From: Eledone cirrhosa
Taxonomy: Eukaryota
Assembly (NCBI GenBank): GCA_964016885.1
Contig: OZ024742.1
Location: forward strand, 84,258,001 to 84,322,000
Direction of reading: 5' to 3'
Length of the DNA stretch: 64,000 nucleotides
The translations under genes were made by a program, and so were the position numbers. The notes below the pieces were generated by a model, which was not told the origin of the DNA, searched no databases, and saw only the letters and a program-made list of their open reading frames with translations. This document shows positions 15,276 to 26,880 of the stretch, one piece after another. The stretch's first letter is position 1; each line of letters starts with the position of its first letter.

Positions 15276-17376
15276 GTCCACTGCCCTATAAACAATAATA
15301 ATAATATCAACAATAATTGCACTCAGAAATATATAGGGGAAATAATTGAGCTTGATATAAAATTATTCACCTGACTAAATTCTAAACATAGCACTAAACA
15401 TGTGTATTCCAGTAAAGAAGTTGATTAAGAAATATATAGAGGTTCTTACAACTGAATCATCCTGTAATAATGTGTGTTTAGAATATGTTTTGTGTGTGGA
15501 AAAACCACCAGTGTATATTTAAATCATTGAATTAAATATACTGAAGTACTATTATACACACAGCTTAGCCTAATTGACTATGAATCACTTATTTTCTATG
15601 AATTTCATTGTATCTAAGAAGATAATCAATAATTAATACAATATATTAGAATATATTAACTGAAATCTTTTTAATATACTGTAACTATATAGGGTACGTC
15701 TTTTATTTCATCCGTTAAGAAATAAACATTATGGATGATAAAATCAAACTAAAACAGTATTAGAATGTTGGCACGGAAAATCAATCATAACATTGACAGT
15801 AGTAGCAATGTAATAAATTGACCTATTTCATGTACTTTCATACAACGATTATTAGTTTACGAATAAACAAATACTGTGCTACTTTAAGGGAGACTAGTCT
15901 CATTTAAAACCAATTACCTATTTCACCTTTCGAAGCCATGGCTTAAAATATATCTTGAAAAATAGGTTGTTTAAATGTTGTATGTAGTGAATAGCGTAGT
16001 GATGTAGTATAATGTGGTGGTAGGTTGCCTGGATGAAATTTGTGGAGTTTAATTTCCGATTTAGATCGGGTTTGAAGACAGTTTCATGTCATCGAAAATT
16101 AAAGAATTACTGAGAAATGATTTCTTAGTATATTCCCTACAGTCTTTTGCTCTGTGCTGGTCGTTAATCATGCTGATGTCCAATTCTTGAAATCAATGAA
16201 AGATAATAGAAAATGTTATCAGTAAGACTTGTCATTCATTTATACACTCGTTTATAATCTATTATATTCACTGAACTTGTTTTGCTTCACGTCGGCTACA
16301 GATTCCTACCACTTACAATTAGAAAATAGATGATTTGTATCATATCATGTTATACCGATTTTATGCATAACAGATTTCATTCCCAACTGGGCACAGTTGT
16401 TACCTCTTTCGTCTAAACAGTCAAATGCTGAAGAATTCGATCTGAGGACGAGAAAATTTATTTTAGAATTTTTGCTCCTTGCTTTCTGCATAAATCCAAT
16501 TATTAATAGACACAATATACAAACATATTAACCAATTCAATCTGACTTTGAGGCACTAAATTAAAGCCTTAATATAGATTATGATTTCAATTACAATTAT
16601 AGAGTAAAATGAACTCGATTATTCTTAGTTTAAGTTCATTATCATAATCAGCATTAATATGTAATTGTATGAACGAACGGTACGAACATTCGAGAAATCG
16701 TCGAGTAAAGCGAATTACGATATTTCACCCAGCTGTTTACAATCTGATTTCAAATGCCGATGAATTCAGTTTTGACAATCATTGTTTAGGGGTCGATAAA
16801 TAATGTACCAATCAAGGGTGGAATTGTTAGAACCTCGGTAGAGATGCTTTTCCTTATCTTTTTTGACCTTTTACATTCTACGTGTGAATGTGGCATCACG
16901 AAACCATGCTGTTTCGTACTTTTCTTTTCCTTTAGACTGCTAAAGTGACCCGGAGAGAAGTGGTTTCATGCGCGTGCTAGTCTTAAAACACCCTGCCCTG
17001 TCTCGAGACTTTCAAAGGAATATCTAATGTGACCTATCGTCAGGAATTATCGGATAGGTCTTGCATATATATATTCAGCAACATTATTTCGCTTGATATA
17101 ATTGAGAGATTATGTGGGTGAAGATGTGTGTGTGTGAACTTGTTTTGTACATCACCTTTCTTTATTTCCTTCTTCCAGACACATCTATGCGCCAACAAAC
17201 TTCTTCTTGTTCTCCTCTTTCAATAATTTCTTTGTTTCGTAAGCCTGTCGCCTACATCATGAAATGTCGGTCAAAATCTGGCCGCTGGTCTATGTCCTTT
17301 AGGACATTTTTACTAATCGCTGTGTTTGACAGCCTTTGGCAGTTTCATCAAGTGTTCTGGAGATGAGTTTCTCCTC

Positions 17377-17566
<190 letters not shown>

Positions 17567-17587
17567 CTTATTAAAATAACAGATTAA

Positions 17588-17638
17588 AGTTTAAGCAAAG
17601 AATCGCTGCTTTCACCCTTAACGGGATCTTCTGAAACT
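17588..17638 (-). ncRNA. Hammerhead-like motif with U4A core (family E) in the 3' pLTR
   Basis: agttt-CAGAAGA-t ccc gttaa ggg t-GAAA gca gcgattctt tgc TT-aaact. Confidence 0.6.
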
Positions 17639-18560
17639 AACAAAGTCAATCTGTAAACGCAGAAGTGGATATTTCAAAAAACGTTGCAACCGGAAGAAGA
17701 CAGGAAGACGATACTTTGGTTCGTGGTAACGTTCGCTGGCAAAGAACGGGAAAAAACGAATAAGATACGTCATTAATAGGAGCGGGGAAAAACAATTACG
17801 CGCAAAGACAACCACGTTGTCGTAGACTAATGTTCTCTTAGGTGGTTCATAGAGACGTTCTCTGGCAATGAACGAAAAAAACGAAGATAATACGTCATAT
17901 GTGGAGCGATGAGAACAATAGCACGCAAAGACAAAACCACGTAAATGGTATAGCAGAAGTCGTAGACTAAAATTCTAACTAGGAGACCGAATGAATCTCC
18001 GCTACAGAGTTAAGAACAAAGTAAATAAATGCAATACAGAAGTAATAGAAATAAATAAATACATACACGCAAACAAATACGTACATACACAAGCATACGC
18101 AAAACACTTACCATAGGTATACAAAACCACGCACATATAAATATGTGTGTGTGTGTGTATGCGTGTATACAAATAAATAAATAAATAATTATATAAACGT
18201 ATATAAATAAATAAATACGTATATAACAAGCGCACACACATACCTACATGTAAATACACGAATGTTCGGAGACGTAAGTCAATCAAAACATGAAGTACAC
18301 TCACCCTACATACGTACGAACCTGCATACTCACACAGACGCAAAACTCCCGTATACACATAGCCAAACCATATGTACCAGAATAAAAAAAAAAAATTTTA
18401 CGCCATAACATAAACAATCGAATATACGTACGAGAAGGTATACGTACCTTCACGAAACATACGGGTAATATATACTTACCTCTGCAAATAAGTAATGGTA
18501 TAAACAAAACATATACTTCGCTCCCACATCAAGACGTAAAATATCCACGTATAGATCGTA

Positions 18561-20690
18561 CTATCCATTAGGGTATAACGTGGGGCTGTAATACAGGAAA
18601 GTTTTGTGCAATTTATGTTTACAAGCCGAAATTGCCTCAGATTTTTTGTTTAAGATGTGGTCTGTGGCGTAGAGTATTTCCAGGGACTCAGCGGCGCAGA
18701 GGTCACATGGTCTTTTATTTCCGTTATACGATCTAGTCCTAGCTAGGATCTCCCACTGTAACTTATATTGGGTGTGGTTGTCTTTTAGACTACATATATA
18801 AGCTTCAAGTGACGTCATATTCCTTCTTAGAGGGTAACGAAAAGAATGGGTATGCGTGTAAAGACGCTGCTTGAATATATTGGCGGTTAACCCTATGTAG
18901 CCCCTACGGGACGTGGGTGTTAAAACCTTACATTTGTAGACAATGTTACTAGAGAGGCATTTCCCGTATAGGGGGCAATCAACCCGATTCCTACAATTAC
19001 AGTTAGTACTAACTATAGGGTTTCACGTGTTCCTACGGCTAGATAGTTTAGCTAAATTTGAAGCTGTGATGTTATGTGCAAGGTTAGGAGTTGTAGAGTA
19101 AGAAATTTTAATAGTATTTCTATTAAAAATTTTACTATATTTATGTGTAGGGGGAAAATGCTTCGTAATAAGGGAAAGAAATATCTTAGCTAATGGTGTG
19201 GCCACCTCCATATTATATGGTGGGTTATACCAATAAATGCGACGGGATCTATTTCTTCTAGGTATATTTTCGTACTCTGTATATGCTACATTATCGACAA
19301 ATCCACTTCGAGCAAGAGCTTCATTGTAATAAGTGGAATAGTCGTTGAAAATACGCTCGTGGGTGGAAAGACGGGAAAGCTTCAACGAAACGTTTCTTAC
19401 CAGATTCTTGGTTATGCTAGCATGATGGTTGAAATGCTTACTTATGTAATTAAGCGTATCATTCGGCTTTCTATGCGGGTAATACAACCCATTCAATAAA
19501 TTGAGGGTAACGTCAAGGTAATTAACGACCGAGAGATTGGCCTCAACCTGTATAGAGAGGTTGAAGCCTTTAAAGAAGGCTGTGAGTTCTTTTCTGAACC
19601 TGTTGCAAGCACGAGTTCCGCACTTAGTCATGGTCAAAAGACCATCGTCACGGTACAAACCACCGCCCGCGTTGGGGAATTCGTCCCTGATAGAGAAAAG
19701 AAGGAAAAGGCCGATAAGATCAGTAACCTCCGCAGAATCCCTGGCGCCCATGCTCAAGTCGAATGGGGTACTATTGGATTTTTTAATCCAAATAGAGTCG
19801 TTGAAATTAATCACCGACTTTCGGGCATTGAGGATGACATCAACTTCAAAATCTTTAACCACTGTGAGTGTTTTAGCGAAATTGATAGCTCTAAGGAGAA
19901 GTGGTAAAGTGATGGAGGAGTAGTAATTGTTGATGTCGAATTGGATAAAACGGCAATGTTCCTTGTTACATATGCCGTTGAACCAATCAATCACCGCGAA
20001 AGAATTGTTCCACAGTGCAAGAGGGGCCAAACTTCTAATTTCAGGTATAATTCTATCAAGAATCGTTTTACTAAGTCTACCTAAATCGGACTTCGTAGGG
20101 TTAATAAGCCGAATAGAGGGGTTGTTCGGAAAATTGGATTTGTGATCCTTCAGGGTAAAGTGGGGAGAAATAGGGTCCAGAGGTTCGGTCCGGTCCAGGA
20201 TGTTGAGATCAGATGTGATTTTAAACCCAGCATCGTTGATTTCATTGATGACGCACCGATTAGTTTTACGGTAATCCTCAGTTACAGCATTATGTAGTAG
20301 TTGATGGTAAGTACTGCGCTCCACTTGATATAGGTTGCCAGTTTTGTCGGAATGGACGTGCACGGCATTAGAATCCTTAATAGAACGAATTCTATTCTTC
20401 AGGTCTTGCTGGAAGGAATTGATCCTATTCCGAAATTTGATACTCCGTATGAGTTCCAAGACATCATATTCGAAGGGTAGCAATGCTGGGTTAAACGGTG
20501 GGTTATTATAGGTTTTAAATCCAAATTTATCCTGTTTGTTGTCTGCTTTTCGCGGGTTATCGAAATAAAAGGCACGCCAACGCAACCTTTTAATGAACGC
20601 ATCTGTTTTCTGTATCAGGAGTTTTAGGTATGTTTTCCTGCTTGGTACGGGTATGTTCTTTGTAGAAATATTCAGATGTTGTTTCTGCAT
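18561..20690 (-). CDS. PLE reverse transcriptase-GIY-YIG endonuclease polyprotein (709 codons, one in-frame TGA at 19023-19025)
   Basis: NISTKNIP, FIKRLRWRAF, SDKTGN, LKDHK, FDINNYY, MGARDS, YRDD, YLDV; the same frame continues after the TGA as NPIVSTNCNCRNRVDCPLYGKCL..IVYKC..YIG..RLYTH..CDLCAAE..LNKK..CKH. Confidence 0.92.
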
Positions 20691-21100
20691 GATGAATATA
20701 AGTCAGTAGAGTGCTCAGCGGAGATTCATTCGGTCTCCTAGTTAGAATTTTAGTCTATCTACGACCTCTGCTATACCATTAACGTGGTTTTGTCTTTGCG
20801 TGCTATTGTTCTCGACGCTCCACATATGACGTATTATCTTCGTTTTTTTCGTTAATTGCTAGAGAACGTCTCTATGAACCACCTAAGAGAACATTAGTCT
20901 ACGACCTCTTTTATACCGTAAACGTGGTTGTCTTTGCGCGTAATTGTTTTTCACCGCTCCTATTAATGACGTATCTTATTCGTTTTTTCCCGTTCTTTGC
21001 CAGCGAAGGTTACCACGAACCAAAGTATCGTCATCCTGTCTTCCTCCGGTTGCAAAGTTTTTTGAAATATCCACTTCCGCGTTTACAGATTGACTTTGTT

Positions 21101-21151
21101 AGTTTCAGAAGATCCCGTTAAGGGTGAAAGCAGCAATTCTTTGCTTAAACT
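21101..21151 (+). ncRNA. Hammerhead-like motif with U4A core (family E) in the inverted pLTR
   Basis: Same motif as 17588-17638; third copy at ~52421-52470. Confidence 0.6.
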
Positions 21152-21258
21152 TTAATCTGTTATTTTAATAAATATTTGCTCTACGGTTCTTATATATTTG
21201 ATATATATTTATCCTTATCGAGCCCTCTTTGGATATTAGTCTTGACAATTATTATTAT

Positions 21259-21319
<61 letters not shown>

Positions 21320-21574
21320 TAAACGGAATAGAAAATGCTGACAAATTGTTCACAGTTGAAAAATGGTTTAATTGGTATGTTTCACCTCAAAATACTTAGG
21401 AGGACTGATAAGCAAGTGTTTAACGCACATGGATTTTCAGCGCCTAGCTAGTCCTATACTCGTGCTGATTAAAATAACAGCCGTTTTTATGGGACTAAAA
21501 TTTAGCTCGTCATTTGCAATACAAACACTTATATAATTGTATTAGTGTTTATCATATATTAATTTATATTAATT

Positions 21575-21614
<40 letters not shown>

Positions 21615-21617
<3 letters not shown>

Positions 21618-22380
21618 GTGGTTACACAACAGTTAGTTCACCATACCGAGAACAATTGTTTCACCTTAGCGGATCCTCAGCTCGTAATGGACATGGTTAT
21701 ACGGAGCCTGAAGGAGAACCGTACGAACGCGCATGCGCAGAAACGATCATTTCACACAGGCAATACTAAAATGCGTGCCAGAGGTGTAGGGGAGATAACT
21801 GCGAAAGCCCGAAAAGTTTCTAGTTGATAAGAAAAATAGGATGTTGTTGTAATTCAATCCGGAGCTTTGTAGTTATGTAAGAGGTGTTTCGAGACGTGTG
21901 GACAACGTGTGAATAATACATTTCTCGTGTTTAGGCAATCACTATTGCGTAATCTCTTTAGAATATTTATTCGTTCATCAATACATAGTCCACACGACGG
22001 ATTGCCCCTTGCGTATGACTTGGACTTAGTGGAGGCTTTCCATTGAATGGAGTAGTCTATACTTGAGTCCTTGAGGGACCATATGTAGCTCGCGAGTTTC
22101 GTGGATGAACGTCTGTCCGGGTACCTAAAGGTCGACTGGTGGTTCAGGAAGCGTTCCTTAAATCAGCCCTCCGCCATACCCACGTAGGATTTGACTTCAT
22201 GTGGTTGATTTGGTCGGTTGGAAGTGACCACAGCTTCATAAACTACGGCAGGTGTATTGCTTTGATGTTGAAGGGGACAAGCTTCGGGCTTACGGCAAGA
22301 GCACTCTGGTGGGGGTGTTGCTCTTAGGGCTGTTGGTGATGTGGGCCTTCATGTTCTTAGCGCAGGAGTATCCTAGTTTT
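21615..22380 (-). mobile_element. 5'-truncated Naiad-type PLE (distinct family): linker + GIY-YIG remnant + 3' UTR with HHR
   Basis: Minus-strand translation GYSCAKNMKAHI..CSCRKPEACPL..KSYVGMAEG*FKERFLNHQSTF..LASYIWSLKD..IQWK..CGLCIDERINI..LNTRN..CPH; ends in (TA)n. Confidence 0.88.
21647..21684 (-). ncRNA. Minimal type I hammerhead ribozyme (family J)
   Basis: cgag-CTGAGGA-t cc gctaa gg t-GAAAC aatt GTT-ctcg; palindromic stem III ACAATTGT. Confidence 0.8.
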
Positions 22381-22413
22381 ACAAATGTATGCATGCAAAA
22401 TTTGTTTATCAAA

Positions 22414-22505
22414 TAATTGTTTCTACTTTTGGCTCAAGGCCAGCAATTACACAGTACATTACTGGTACTTTATTTTATCGACCCCGTATGGATGAAAGTC
22501 AAATT
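22414..22505 (-). mobile_element. SINE 3' fragment
   Basis: AATTGTTTCTACTTTTGGC..CTGGTACTTTATTTTATCGACCCCGTA. Confidence 0.8.
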
Positions 22506-22559
22506 TAATACGATATGTATACTAACAAACATTTGAAAGTCTTTAGCAACGAATTGTAA

Positions 22560-22812
22560 AGGTGGCAGCTGGCGCCACCTACGGAGTTCCAGCAGAAACA
22601 AGATGAATTCACCTACAGTTGTTTCTGGATTATATGGCCGTTGTCAAGTTAACGCCTTCCCTTAAACGTGCCACCTACCGAGAACTATGAGAAGCAAGAT
22701 AAAGTCAACGACTGGTAACATTAAGGTAACTTCTTCCATACAATCCAGAAACAGTGGTCGTTGAGTTCCTTTAATTCTGCTTGAGATCAGTAGGTGGTGC
22801 CAACCACCACCT
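22560..22812. mobile_element. MITE-like element with imperfect terminal inverted repeats
   Basis: AGGTGGCAGCTGGCGCCACCTAC ... GTAGGTGGTGCCAACCACCACCT; internal TGTTTCTGGATT / AATCCAGAAACA. Confidence 0.6.
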
Positions 22813-22882
22813 GTAAAAAATTCACCGTTAATGACATTCAAATGTGCATTCATAAACATCGTATATTATTCGATATATAAAA

Positions 22883-22991
<109 letters not shown>

Positions 22992-25017
22992 TATATACCC
23001 CCTAAATAGTTTGTCACGAGTAGAAATATTGTAAGTATACTCAAATATATGTCGGTGTATCAACGATCTGTGAAAGTTCGCTCAATATGTAAAACTATGA
23101 ATATTAGCACTCTGCTACACGGTTTTATAACGAAATGTAAAAATCTGTATTAGCGTTACATTTCACATTGCTAAATGATATTACATTTCTACAACATCAA
23201 GTATTATGATTGTATTGTAAACCAAATACCCCTCCAACGCCAATATTTCTAATAGCGTTTGCAACACATAACTACCATTAGTTTTATAATGTGGCATACC
23301 ATAAAATCATTGTTATCAATTTCAAAAACGTCTAGCAACCGTACTTCTACCCTAGTTCCAATATAATGCGTCATACCATTACATTTTAGCTGCTAGTATT
23401 TACTTGGAAAAGTAGTATCATTGCTCCACGATAATGTCTGATGCCTTTACATCAGATTCGACAGTTCTCTATTCACCGAACATAAAGAATATTCATTGAT
23501 AATGTTCTTTTATCATTCAATGATTTCAAGCCCAAAGAAAAAACAACAATAAAAAAAGAAGAATAAAAACAATAACAAAAACATTTCCACATTGAAATCA
23601 ATGAAAATCTAATAAAACAACATAGCTATTCACATTTCTTGTCACGTTATGTAGCATTTTTTTTTATCCGGACTTCATTCCATCCAGCTGTGACGATCGA
23701 CCAGAGATCAATGATTTAAAACAATGATTTCTACCAGACAACTTAGAAGGCGACCAATTACTTGCCATATTTTAGTTAGCAGACATGTCTCCTCTTGGGT
23801 TTTAGTCTGTTTGTTTTTATCTCTTTTAATAATTATTCATAGCGTCCTGCTATTTTGTCTGCTTTATGTTTTTCCAGTGTCACAATGCACACATATATAT
23901 ATACACACTTTTACACACAGAAACATATAGATTTTAGCACCCGGCTCCATATTTTTTATACAAAGAATCAAATAGAAAAAGAGAAAACTTGAAACCACAG
24001 CTCACCTCAGGGAAATGTTGAAAATAACTAAAAAACGTGACTGTCTGTGTTAATTTCTATTCATGTTTTGAATTACAAATAAATTATTTATTTTTTTGTA
24101 TTTGTTTTTTGTATACCTCAATTTTAGGCATAAACAATATTATAATGCTTAATGTACAGGTTTGAAGACGTCAGCATATCTTAATAGATTTAAATAATGA
24201 ATCATATAATGAAAATGTAATTTCCCCCTTCGACCTTTTTCAGAATCGATATTCGTTGGATAAATATGCTAAGTTCTTTACAGTTCTTCATTGTATATTT
24301 CAACGTTAAAAATCACAATTTCAACAAATAGAAGTAAATACGTAAATATGTTCCGAGTAGGATACAGGAGATTAGAGTAGAATGGATCCACGTCGGATTA
24401 GATGAGGAGTGTACCACTTGTTTGTGCAACGAAATTGCCTACTCGTGATGTTAACGTGCAAGTGGGTGAGCATTACATGGGCATGTAAACTATTTTTCAC
24501 GGAAGTTCATCGTAACACCTAAATAAAAGGTGAAGTTCATTGGGTTTCCAAACAGTTTTCCTCTATCCAATTTACCTCAATAAGTAAGTGTCCAAGCGAG
24601 TCTATGGTATATAACATTTACATAGGATGCCAGGTTGAGATCAAACCTGGGAGTTAATGGTTGCGAAACAAATTTTCAAAGCATTTTACAAGCTGCCATC
24701 ACACTATGTACTGAGAGCAATAGGAAAAATTACTATGTCTTCATTCTTTGTGATCCTTCCTGCTGACTACCCCCTCTTTCACCTCTCTTTCTATCTATCT
24801 ATCTATCTATCTATCTATCGCTGATAGTAGACGTGTGTTGCTTCGGCTGCAGCCTTTTTGGATTTCTATTACGTTTTTGACTGTGAGTTTGTGTTTCATT
24901 TGTTTTATTTGTGTGACCTAACCTCCCGCCTGGAGTTGCAGACGGGTGGTTATTTTATTTTTACCCCATTTGGGGGGTAAAAACTACTTTGAAAAATGTG
25001 TATACAAGCTCTCAATA

Positions 25018-26846
25018 ATGGACACCATACATGAAAACACCACTGCCACGCCCCCCAGGGAAAGTGATAATGAGGAACAAGTAATTCAACCTACTGAAGC
25101 TTTCCTTCTCTCGCTTTCGCATGCGAGTATGGAAGTGGATTTGGTGAACAATTGTAAAAACTTGGGTAATAACCCAAACAATGGAAACAGTAAATTGAAA
25201 GAATGTATAAATTACACTGACACCAACAACATCAACACAAATAACAAAGAAAATAACACAAACACACACAAAAGCGAAAACAGCAGCAACAATGACAAAG
25301 AAAACAACATAAATGTGAACTCAAAACACGAAAAAATGGGTGAAAACCCCCAAAAATGTACCGCAAACAACAGCAACCAAAACGCAAACACCCAAGAAAA
25401 CAAGAACAACAGCAACGAAACACAAGAAGAAGACCCTACTACACGAATATCCTTTGCCCAGGTCGTTAAGGAGACCGACACTTTCACCCCAGTTGACATC
25501 AGTAATGCAGCGGAATTGCTAAAAGGGGGCAGAAAACAGGTGAACTTTGGTGAAAACGTGGAATTCACCATAATCTCCCCTAAGGATATTAAAAGAGACA
25601 CTATCCTAAGGACAAATAATTTTAGAACTATATTAAATGCGTCGAAAAAACCAGCTCAATTATCGCATAGCGAAATTGAGCTGGTGTTAAAAGACGCGTT
25701 GTAGGACATGATTTTTATTGAGAGTGGGAAGTTATATGGGAGTCTGATAATTTACATGAAGGACCAAAAATAATCGGTGTCGCCAATTGTGTCCAAACAG
25801 TACACTTTTCCCCCCACCTACATGGGGAAGAAAACTAAAAAAATAGCAATCTCCGGTATACACCCAAATACAAATATGTGGTGGATACTAGGAGGGATAC
25901 TGGACGACGAAGATGAATTCCTTGATATAGGCAAAGCCACCAGGGGCCACTTTGGCGGTATAGGCATACCGGTTCTGGTTCGAATGAAACCTGAACGTAT
26001 CGCAAAGATACCCCAAAGAGTGTCCCTGGAAGGCTCCCAATTTATGAACATTGCAGTTGAGAGTAGGCGGCCCGCTTGCTACCTCTGTGGAGGCAGAGGT
26101 CACATGAGGGCTGCCTGTCCTCAACAAAATAAAAGACCTTTACTGCCAACACCTCCAAAAACAACAAAACCACCACCACCACCCCCAAAACAACAAACAA
26201 CTGAAAACGGTCCCACCCAACCCCTCCCCACCTAAAACAACTCCAACAACATACATAACAAAACCCCAAAATATACCCCTCCCTTCCAAGATGGAAGAGG
26301 ATCCCTTAACGTCAGAAGACGAGGGGGAACCCTTCCAGAAAATAAAGCGAAAAAAAAAGAAAAACACACCGCACCCACACAAAGAAAAATAACCCCTCCC
26401 CAAAACAAAACACAAAAAAAAATACAGAACAAAAACCAACAAAAATTACACCGACACAGCTATACACATACTTCAACACAAAAAATATAAAACCAGTAAA
26501 CAAAATTGAACAAAACCCTTCGGTGCAAACCGAAGGGCCAACTTTCACGAGGGACACAGAGAACCCCTCTTTAAAAATGATTAAAACTCCGATACATATT
26601 TATATAGAACTAAAAGACAATTTTGGTGAGGACGTGCTCCCCCCCCCCCCCCTGTGTAAAACTAATGAACCGCGTCCTCTTCAAAAATGTGCACACCCCC
26701 ATTCAGACACCCACACCACACCAAACACCCCAACCCCACCACACACTGATGTTCCCACACCACCACAAAAGACCACCCCACCCAACAACCCCTCCCTCAC
26801 CCCCATGGAAGTTGTGCAGCTTGGTTACCGGGACGTAAGGAGGTAG
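25018..26846 (+). pseudogene. Tx1 ORF1 (nucleic-acid-binding protein with zinc knuckle), with stops and frameshifts
   Basis: Asn-rich N-terminus, ISFAQVVK, CYLCGGRGHMRAAC, Pro/Thr-rich tail. Confidence 0.8.
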
Positions 26847-26880
26847 GTGCCTTTTCATTTCCTTCCCCTTCGCCGCCAAA

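Larger units (their letters stand above)
17568..21262 (-). mobile_element. Near-intact Penelope-like element (Naiad-type) with inverted pseudo-LTRs, inserted in (TA)n
   Basis: RT-GIY-YIG ORF flanked by inverted ~435-bp repeats (17568-18003 and 20717-21171, the latter extended to 21262), each carrying an HHR motif; (TA)n on both sides. Confidence 0.93.

Noticed and set aside
17179-17366. Possible host exon after TTCCTTCTTCCAG, or a mariner remnant on the minus strand
   Set aside because: No recognisable protein similarity or convincing donor site
22160-22185. TGA in the GIY-YIG fragment as selenocysteine
   Set aside because: Not at a conserved Cys, and the fragment has other lesions
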